Below, one piece after another: positions 55,075-64,000 of a stretch of DNA of 64,000 nucleotides (positions are counted from its first letter, which is position 1; each line of letters begins with the position of its first letter). Location: contig CAVTCR010000065.1 in NCBI GenBank assembly GCA_963733195.1, positions 78,010-142,009 of the forward strand. The letters run 5' to 3'. The position numbers and the translations under genes are program-made. This stretch comes from an uncultured delta proteobacterium (GTDB lineage Bacteria; Desulfobacterota; Binatia; Bin18). The notes under the pieces were generated by a model. It saw only the letters and a program-made list of their open reading frames with translations, was not told where the DNA came from and did not search any database.

Positions 55075-58000
55075 ATGAAGAAACTGAGAGTGAAAACTCC
55101 TCAATCTGACAGTGTTCCGTTACGTCTGGACGAAGAGAATGGAGAGTTCTGGAAAGGTGATGAGCGCCTGCGGCTGAGTCGTAAACCCTTCGCGATGCTG
55201 CGCCTTCTGGTGGAGCGCCGTCCGAAATGGGTCTCAAAAGACGACTTCTATAATGAGATCTGGAAGCCAAAAGATGAAGACGTCATGGACTGGACGTTCA
55301 CGACGTATGTGTACGACATCCGTAAAGCGTTAGGGGACGAGACGAAACCGCATCGCTACATCGAAACCGGAGCGAACAAAGGGTACCGTTTTATTGGATC
55401 TAATCACTCATAGTGATCAATCGCATCAAACCCCAGAGGTGAAAGTTGCAGAGCCTCCTGCGACTCACCACGGCCCTCAATTCAAGATCGACCCTACTCC
55501 CCAGCCGCCACTCCCGTACGTGGTAGGGAGAGAGGTGGAGCTGGGACGACTGCATAAGTGGTTCGATCGGGCGCTGACGGGTGAACGTCAGTTGGTCTTT
55601 GTGACCGGTGAACCTGGCATAGGGAAGACGACTCTTGTTCGTTCCTTTCTCCGAGATGTGGCAACTCGTGGAGTTGCAGCGATTGGGCGCGGCCAGTGTA
55701 TCGAACATTATGGGCCAGGCGAAGCCTACCTTCCGGTACTTGAAGCTATCGGACGCTTGTGCCGTGATCCTCGTGGAAGCTTCCTTGTCGAATGGATGAA
55801 GCAACACACGCCCACATGGTTAGTACAGATGCCTACGCTGCTGAACGCAACCGATCTGGAGGACGTACAGCGTAAAGTCCAAGGTGCCACACAGGAGCGA
55901 ATGCTCCGAGAAATGAGCGAAGGGTTTGAGGTACTGACCGAGCAGATCCCCTTTATTCTCGTCCTAGAAGATCTTCATTGGAGCGATGTGTCCACGCTCG
56001 ATTTATTGTCCTCTTTGGCACAGCGGACAGATCGCGCTCGGCTGCTTATCATTGGTACGTATCGCCCAGAGGAAGGACTCGTCGAGAGGCATCCGCTACG
56101 AGCGATTACCCAAGAGCTTCAAGGGAAACGGCTCTGTCAGGAGCTTCCGTTACCACTGCTCGACGAAGTTGCCGTGAGTGAGTATCTACAACAGCGATTT
56201 CCCACGGCAATGTTGCCGACACGCTTGCCGGAAACACTCCATCGCAATACTGAAGGGAATCCTTTTTTCTTAACCGCGGTTGTGGACGATTTGCTGGAAC
56301 GTGGTGTGATTACACAGATTGATGGACGCTGGGTATTGCAGGGGCAGGTGGACTCTGTTGCCGCTGAGGTTCCGGTGAGTATTCGACAACTGCTGACCCG
56401 GCAGATAGATCGACTTCATGACAAAGAACAACAGATTTTGCAGGCAGCGAGTGTCGCCGGGTTAGAGTTCTCCACCGCAGCCGTGGCGGCTGCTGCCGGG
56501 ATCGAGACCGCAGCCGTAGAAGCGTGTTGCGAGATCTTGGTCCGTCGGCAGCAATTCCTTCGACGTGTTGGTGTCAGCGAGTGGCCGGATGGGACACAAA
56601 CCGGCCGCTATGGTTTTTTGCACGCTTTATATCAACAGCTGTGGCACGAGCGTGTGCCTCAGCATCGCTGTCAACGGCTCCATCTCAAGATCGGTGAGAG
56701 GCTGGAGCAAGCGTATGGAAGTCGCGTGGGAGAACTTGCCACCGAACTCGCTGTGCATTTTGATCAGGGGCGCGATACTCAACGGGCAATTCATTATTAT
56801 CAACACGCGGCTGGAACGGCGACCCAGCGACATGCATATCAAGAGGCCATTGCTCATCTCACCGCCGCGCTCTCTTTGCTCAAAAGCTTACCGGAAACCG
56901 CCGCGCGCCACCAACGAGAATTGCAACTCCAATTTTCTCTGCATTGGATGCTCGGCCGCAGCAAGGGGGAGGCCGCGCCGGAGCTTGACGGCGTGGTGGC
57001 CCGCGAGCGCGAGCTCCTGCAATGGAGCGAGGAGACCCCCCAATTGTTCGGGCCCGTGTTCGGCTTGTTCGATTTCTATCTCGTCCGCGGGGAGTTAGCG
57101 TCCGTGCGCTTCTTTGCCGACTACGCGCTGCGCTTGGCCCGGCGCTTCCCCGAAGAGCCGTTGCTGGGCGCGGCTTCGATGATGATGGGCATCTGTGAGT
57201 TTCTGGAGGGCGAGTTGCTCTCCGCCCGCACTTCCCTCGAGCAGGGAATGGCCGTTTATACCCAGTCCCAAACTGAGGCTTCCCTTTTCTGGGAAACCGG
57301 CCTGGGATGTTTCTTGTACGCTGGCTTGACCTTGTGGCATCTAGGTTTCCCGGACCAAGCGCTCCACTGCGCCGCAGAGACTATCACCAGAGCCCGTATA
57401 TGTGGGGCGCGGTTTGTTGAAGCATGGGGTCTGAACTACCTTGCTTGGGTGCAGATATTGCGCGGTGATGTCGCGGCAGTGCGGACCCACGCCACCGCCG
57501 CCCTCCAGCTCGCGGAAGCGCAGGGCTTCGCTTCGATGCGGGAGGCGGGGCGGATCTATCAGGGATGGGCTCTAAGCATGCAAGAAGACGAGCACAAGGG
57601 AACTTTACAGATTCAGCAAGGCATAGCAGCTCTCCACTCTACTAGCGGGATAACTTTTCGGACGTTCTATCTGGCTTTACTGGCTGAGGCCTATGGGAGA
57701 ACAGGGCAGACAGAAGAGGGACTGAGCGTGCTGGCCGAAGCGCTGACTCTCGTGGACAAAACCGGAGAACGTTTCTACGAGGCGGAGCTATATCGACTCA
57801 AGGGAGCGCTAATACTTCAGTCTCAGACCAGTCGAGAACGACCCAAAGCAAGTCTCAGACAAGTCAAAGCAAGTCAAGACAGGTCTGAAGATGCCGACCC
57901 CCGACCCCTGACCCCTGACCCCCAAGTCGAAGCGTCTTTTCTCAAGGCAATTGAAATCGCTCGCCGTCAGCAATCCAAGTCGCTCGAACTCCGCGCGGTG

Positions 58001-58186
58001 ATGAGTTTGGTACGCTTGCGACAACGACGAGTTTCCGAACACGCAATACGTACCACGCAACACGTACTACGCACAAGACTTGCCGAGGCACACAAGATGT
58101 TATCAGAGACCTACAACTGGTTTACCGAAGGACTCGATACCGTGGATTTACAAGAAGCAAAAGAGTTGCTTGCTGAATTATCTTAA
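55075..58186 (+). CDS. wHTH + AAA ATPase + TPR regulator, copy 1 (single frameshift at ~55402)
   Basis: IRKALGD..PHRYIET..KGYRF; GEPGIGKT; LEDLHWSD; WFTEGLDTVDLQEAKELL. Confidence 0.88.
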
Positions 58187-58201
58187 GGGCGAAGTTATCC
58201 T

Positions 58202-58237
58202 ATGAAGGCGTTAGTCCTTGGGGCGACCGGGCACATC
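58202..58237 (+). pseudogene. N-terminal stub of an NAD-dependent epimerase/SDR gene
   Basis: MKALVLGATGHI, cut exactly where the repeated upstream block begins. Confidence 0.6.
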
Positions 58238-58462
58238 CCGCGGTTTGTCACTCTGCTTTCCCGAGAATCACCCCCTTTCATCGTCGCGTGATCAGCACAC
58301 GTCATTCAGCGCCGGCTCACGGCGCACGCGTCACTGTCCGCTCTGTCATAACGGTTGCGTTTCTCTTGCTCTTCGCTGCAGCATGTGAAAGAGAATAAAA
58401 CCGGCAAGGAAAAAATCCTGAAGAAGAGAGTAAGGTGCTTCTGAGGTCGGTCTGAGGACGAT
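58238..58462. repeat. Duplicated ~225-bp upstream block
   Basis: Near-identical to 62499-62721; partial copy at ~53648-53773. Confidence 0.9.
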
Positions 58463-61400
58463 ATGAAGAAACTGAGAGTGAAAACTCCTCAATCTGACAG
58501 TGTTCCGTTACGTCTGGACGAAGAGAATGAAGAGTTCTGGAAAGGTGATGAGCGCCTGCGGCTGAGTCGGAAACCCTTCGCCATGCTGCGCCTTCTGGTG
58601 GAGCGCCGTCCGAAATGGGTCTCCAAAGACGACTTCTATAATGAGATCTGGAAGCCAAAAGATGAAGACGTCATGGACTGGACGTTCACGACGTATGTGT
58701 ACGACATCCGTAAAGCGTTAGGGGACGAGACGAAACCGCATCGCTACGTCGAAACCGGAGCGAACAAAGGGTATCGTTTTATTGGATCTAATCACTCATA
58801 GTGATCAATCCGATCAAAACCCGGAGGCGCAACGCCGAAGAGCCACCTGCGCCGTCGCCAAGCATCTCCAATTCAAGCTCGCTCCCAATCCTCAGCCACC
58901 ACTCCCTTATGTAGTAGGGAGAGAGAGCGGAGCTGGAACGACTGCACAAGTGGTTAGATCGGGCGCTGGCGGGTGAACGTCAGCTGATATTTATCACCGG
59001 TGAACCCGGTATTGGCAAGACCACGCTTGTTCGCACTTTTCTGCGGGAAGTCGCGACGAATGGAGCTGCGGTGATTGGGCGCGGTCAGTGTATCGAGCAG
59101 TATGGGCCAGGCGAGGCGTATCTCCCCGTACTTGAAGCTATTGGACGGTTAGCCCGCGACCCTCGTGGGGGAGTTTTTGTGGAGTGGATGAAGCAACACA
59201 CCCCTGCTTGGTTAGTGCAGATGCCCACGCTGCTGAACCCCACCGAGCTGGAGGAGGTGCAGCGGAAAGTTCCAGGTGCCACGCAGGAGCGGATGTTGCG
59301 GGAGATGAGCGAAGGGCTTGAGGTGTTGACAGAGCAGGTCCCTTTCATCCTCGTTCTTGAGGATCTCCACTGGAGCGATGTGTCGACGCTTGACTTGCTC
59401 TCGTCCTTGGCGCAGCGGACAGAACCCGCTCGGCTGCTCATCATTGGCACGTATCGGCCAGAGGAGGGGCTTGCCGAGGGGCATCCGCTCCGGGCGATTA
59501 CCCAAGAGATCCAGGGGCACCGGCAATGTCAGGAGCTTGCATTGCCACTGCTCAGTGAAGCTGCCGTGCGTGAGTATATACAACAGCGATTTCCTGCGGC
59601 GACGTTACCGACTCGCTTGCCAGAAACACTCCATCGCAATACTGAGGGGAGTCCGCTCTTTGTGACTGCGGTGGTGGACGATTTGCTGGAACGAGGTGTG
59701 ATCACACAAGATTGAGGGACGCTGGGTATTACAGGGACCGGTGGACGCTCTTGTCGCAGAGGTTCCGGTGAGTATTCGGCAGCTCCTCACCCGGCAGATT
59801 GATCGGCTCAACGAAAAAGAACAACAGATTATGCAGGCGGCGAGCGTCGCTGGACAAGAGTTCTCCTGCGCAGCCGTAGCTGCTGCCGTCGGGATCGACA
59901 CCACAGACGTAGAGGAATGTTGCGAGATCTTGGTACGTCGGCAGCAATTTCTGCGCCCAGCGGGATACAGCGAGTGGCCCGATGGGGTCCAGGCAGCTCG
60001 TTATGGCTTTCGGCATGCGTTGTATCAATACCTCTGGAACGAACGGGTTCCTATCAGTCAACGGCAACAGTTTCATCATGCGGATCGGTGAGCGGCTCGA
60101 GAAAGGCTATGGCAGTCGAGCGAGTGAGATCGCGGCTGAGTTGGCGGTGCATTTTGAGGAGGGGAAAGACTACAAACGGGCAGTAGCGGTATCTGCAACA
60201 AGCGGCACGGAATGCCTTGCGACGGTCTGCTCATTCTGAGGCCGCTAACCTCCTTGCGAGGGGGATAAAGTTACTTAAAACGCTGCCCGAAACGCCTGAA
60301 CGTATACAGCAGGAACTCATATTGCTTCTTGCCCGCGGAGGGCCGCTTATCGCAACCAAAGGCTACGGAGCGCCTGAGGTGGAAAACACTTATGCTCGAG
60401 CATTTGAATTGTGTCGCCAATCAAAGGAAACACCCTATCTACTCCAGGCTCAGCAAGGGTTGGCTGCTTTCTATTCAATACGGGGACAATTCCAGAAGGC
60501 ACGCCAATTAGGAGAGCAGTGCCTTGTCTCGGCCCAACAGATGGAGGATCCTTCTCGCCTTCTCCAAGCCGAATGGACGCTCGGGCAGACACTGTTTCAC
60601 CTCGGAGATTTTGTCTCTGCTCGCCAGCATGTGGAGCACGCTCTTGCTTTGTACGATCCTCGCCAGCATCGATCCCGTGCGCGTGCAGGACCTGGGAGTG
60701 ACGAGCCACAGCTATTTAGCGTGGGGCTTATGGTTCCTTGGTTATCCGGAGCAAGCTCTCGCAACGAATCACAAGGCGCTTACTCTTGCGCAAGAGTTAT
60801 CTCACTCCTTCAGTGTGGCGTATGCCCTGATTTTTGCCGCTGGCATTTATCAATTCTGTGGCGATGGACATATGGCCCAAGAGATTGCCGAGAAGGCAAT
60901 TGCACTCTGTCGGGAACAAGAGTTTCCGATGTGGTTAGCGTTTGGTGAGATTTTCCGTGGTTGGGCACTGGTACGGCAAGGACAAGAAGAGGAAGGAATA
61001 GCACAGATGCTCCAAGGACTCACGGCTTGGAAGGCGACAGGGGCAGAAGCGTCGCGTCCGCTCGTGCTTGCCATGTTGGCTGAGGCGTATGGAAGAGTAG
61101 GAAAAATTGAAGAGGGATTGCAGCATACTAGAAGAAGCGCTGACCATCGTGCGTGAAAACGAAGAACGTTACTACGAAGCCGAGCTATACCGGCTCAAGG
61201 GAGAACTGACACTAAAACAGTCCAGGGAGGACGGAATTCACGGTCCGTAGTCCAACTGGAAGCGGAAAAATGTTTTTTGCAGGCGATTGATGTCGCCCGT
61301 CATCTGAGCATGAAATCGCTCGAGCTGCGAGCAGTGATGAGTTTGAGCCAACTGTGGAAGCAACAAGGGAAGACAAAAGAAGCAAAGCAGATGTTGGCAG

Positions 61401-61510
61401 AAATCTACGACTGGTTTACCGAAGGGTTTGATACTGCGGACCTGAAAACTGCTAAGGCATTGTTGGCGCAGTTATCAAGAAAATCCTCTGAACGGATACC
61501 CATAAAATAG
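58463..61510 (+). CDS. wHTH + AAA ATPase + TPR regulator, copy 2 (frameshifted)
   Basis: Same architecture; C-terminus [18 protein letters not shown]. Confidence 0.85.
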
Positions 61511-61524
61511 CAGGAGGGAATGAT

Positions 61525-61923
61525 ATGGGGTTTCTGAGAGAATACGAAGCACTGTCTTCCGCGGACGCACGACGAGCCTTGCTTTTCCAGTGGTTGAATC
61601 AACGCCGACATGAACTGTACGCGGAATTACGAGAGAGTGCTCCAGTCTTTGCTACGCCTGACTTCTTTTTGGTGACACGCTATGAGGATGCAAGGAGAAT
61701 TCTTGAGGATAGCCAGTGTTTCAAGGTGCGAGCTTATCCGACCAGCGGGAACTTCGTGTTGGGGAAAGACAGAGAGGATGGGCACGATGCTGATCGCAAG
61801 GTTCTCTCCAGACTATTTCCCAAGAAAGATTACAAGAGGATACGTGACATTGCCGCAAAAAAAGCGCAAGAACTAATCGACGTGGCATCGGGCAAAGGAG
61901 GAGCGCTTCAGGCTGTAGTATGA
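61525..61923 (+). pseudogene. Truncated cytochrome P450 N-terminal fragment
   Basis: AGGAGG RBS; LYAELRESAPVF...LVTRYED...IL...F, VLG.D...H...R; no heme-binding Cys region. Confidence 0.6.
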
Positions 61924-62005
61924 GGTGTTCCATATAATACTCCTGAGAAACTCTCTCTTTGTGAGAGTCAGCCTGTAGGGTGGATTATGCTCTCCCCTAG
62001 AGGCG

Positions 62006-62455
62006 TTAATGCACTCCTAAATCCGCGCGCTTGACATCAATGATATCCAGCGTACGTGTGTTGCTAAGGAGTGCGGTGATTTCCATGTCCTTAAAGAGGT
62101 TCGCCTCGGCACTCAGCTGCTGCACTACCTCTTCCTTGCCTCGCACCCATAATCGTGGCGGCCACGCCAATCGCTGCCAACGGTTGGCCTGGCTCACCCA
62201 GCTCACCCGCAGGACCAACTGGCCCTGCTTGTGGACGAGTTGATAGAGAGTCAACTCACCAGGGTGGAGTTTCCGTACCTCCTCAAGAATACAATCGACA
62301 CAAACCACGGTCCCGCGAATGTGTACGGGGCCGGTATTGCTCGGCCCAAACGCCGGGCCGGTATCGCCGATATCTCCTTGCGCTCCTGTGGTAAGGCCGG
62401 TGAGGAGTAGGGTTGCGGCGAGACTCGTTCTGAGTGTTTTGCCAACGAAGACCAT
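62006..62455 (-). CDS. Hypothetical secreted protein
   Basis: AAGGAGG RBS before ATG 62455; signal-peptide-like N-terminus; CxxC (VVCVDC). Confidence 0.65.
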   Translation of the reverse strand: MVFVGKTLRTSLAATLLLTGLTTGAQGDIGDTGPAFGPSNTGPVHIRGTVVCVDCILEEVRKLHPGELTLYQLVHKQGQLVLRVSWVSQANRWQRLAWPPRLWVRGKEEVVQQLSAEANLFKDMEITALLSNTRTLDIIDVKRADLGVH

Positions 62456-62721
62456 AAGTGACCTCCTTGTTAATGGTGAGAGCCAACGTGTTCCTTTGCC
62501 GCGGTTTGTCACTCTGCTTTCCCGAGAATCACCCCCTTTCATCGTCGCGTGATCAGCAAACGTCATTCAGCGCCGGCTCACGGCGCACGCGTCACTGTCC
62601 ACTCACATAACGGTTGCGTTTCTCTTGCTCTTCGCTGCAGCATGTGAAAGAGAATAAAACCGGCAAGGAAAAAAGTCCTGAAGAATAGGGAAGGTGCTTC
62701 TGAGGTCGGTCTGAGGACGAT

Positions 62722-64000
62722 ATGAAGAAACTGAGAGAGAAAACTCCTCAATCTGACAGTGTTCCGTTACGTCTGGACGAAGAAAATGAAGAGTTCTGGA
62801 AAGGTGATGAGCGCCTGCGGCTGAGCCGTAAACCCTTCGCCATGCTGCGCCTTCTGGTGGAGCGACGTCCGAAATGGGTCTCCAAGGACGACTTCTATAA
62901 TGAGATCTGGAAGCCAAAAGATGAAGACGTCATGGACTGGACGTTCACGACGTATGTGTACGACATCCGTAAAGCGTTAGGGGACGAGACGAAACCGCAT
63001 CGATACATCGAAACCAGGGCGAACAAAGGGTATCGGTTTATTGGATCTATCACTCATAGCGATCAATCCGAATCAAAGCCCGGAGGCCAACGCCGGGCAT
63101 CCTCACCGGTGTAAGCAGATCGAATTCGAGCTCACTCCCGATCCTCGTCCACCAATCCCTTATGTGGTAGGGAGGGAGAGTGGAGCTCGAGCGACTGCAC
63201 AAGTGGTTCGATCGGGCGCTGGCGGGTGAACGTCAGCTGATATTTATCACCGGTGAACCCGGTATCGGCAAGACCACGCTTGTGCGCACCTTTCTTCGAG
63301 AAGTGGCGACAAGGGCGCTGCGGTGATTGGGCGCGGCCAGTGTATCGAGCAGTATGGACCAGGCGAGGCGTATCGCCCCGTACTTGAAGCTATTGGGCGC
63401 TTAGCCCGCGACCCTCGTGGGGGAGTTTTTGTGGAGTGGATGAAGCACCACACTCCTGCTTGGTTAGTGCAGATGCCCACGCTGCTGAACCCCACCGAGC
63501 TGGCGGAGGTGCAGCGGAAAGTTCCAGGTGCGACGCAAGAGCGGATGTTGCGGGAGATGAGCGAAGGGCTGGAGGTGTTGACCGAGCAGATTCCCTTTAT
63601 CCTCGTTCTTGAGGATCTCCACTGGAGCGATGTATCGACGCTTGACTTGCTCTCGTCCTTGGCGCAGCGGACAGAACCCGCTCGGCTGCTCATCATTGGG
63701 ACGTATCGGCCAGAGGAGGGGCTTGCCGAGGGGCATCCGCTCCGCGCGATTACCCAAGAGCTTCAGGGGAAACGGCACTGTCAGGAGCTTCCGTTACCAC
63801 TCCTCAACGAAGTTGCCGTGCGTGAGTATCTACAACAGCGATTTCCTGCGGCGATGTTACCGACTCGCTTGCCAGAAACACTCCATCGCAATACTGAGGG
63901 GAGTCCGCTTTTTGTGACTGCGGTAGTGGACGATTTGCTGGAACGAGGGGTGATCACACAAGTTGATGGACGTTGGGTATTACAGGGACCGGTGGATGCT
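62722..64000 (+). CDS. wHTH + AAA ATPase regulator, copy 3 (partial, frameshifted, runs off the window)
   Basis: Near-identical wHTH; GEPGIGKT; LEDLHWSD. Confidence 0.85.

Noticed and set aside
54998-62917. Repeated minus-strand ORFs beginning MASRSHYRSR
   Set aside because: Antisense shadows of the duplicated wHTH sequence; their recurrence is explained by the duplication
1-64000. CRISPR array, cas genes, rRNA or tRNA
   Set aside because: No regularly spaced repeat-spacer array and no recognisable structural RNA seen by eye

Overview
Bacterial DNA with no rRNA, tRNA or CRISPR array seen. The expanded wHTH/cyclase-AAA-TPR family ending in [15 protein letters not shown] and the heptamer hairpin repeats suggest a Binatia-like deltaproteobacterium (inference). 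Bases 1-8 kb are intact housekeeping genes: 2-hydroxyacid dehydrogenase, CDF and DASS transporters, a DHH phosphoesterase and acoA/acoB/acoX. Bases 8-33 kb are an accessory patchwork of enzymes, toxin-antitoxin pairs and remnants of the AAA-TPR family. The most interesting part is a minus-strand run at about 52.4-32.9 kb: response regulator, Dyp peroxidase, two NHLP-like precursor peptides (masked by frameshifts, so present only as fragments in the ORF track), a leader-binding/YcaO cyclodehydratase, a PhyH dioxygenase, two tandem Ser/Thr kinase-AAA-GAF-His kinase + receiver units, and a receiver-adenylate cyclase. This looks like a RiPP cluster wired to a signalling cascade. A conserved ~41-bp upstream motif occurs in four copies, two of them in this run. 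Bases 53-64 kb carry an ISAs1 element and three tandem wHTH-AAA-TPR regulators with 11-bp-phased operator-like repeats. Single-base frameshifts are pervasive after ~9 kb and are most likely long-read indel errors, so boundaries of joined genes are approximate.
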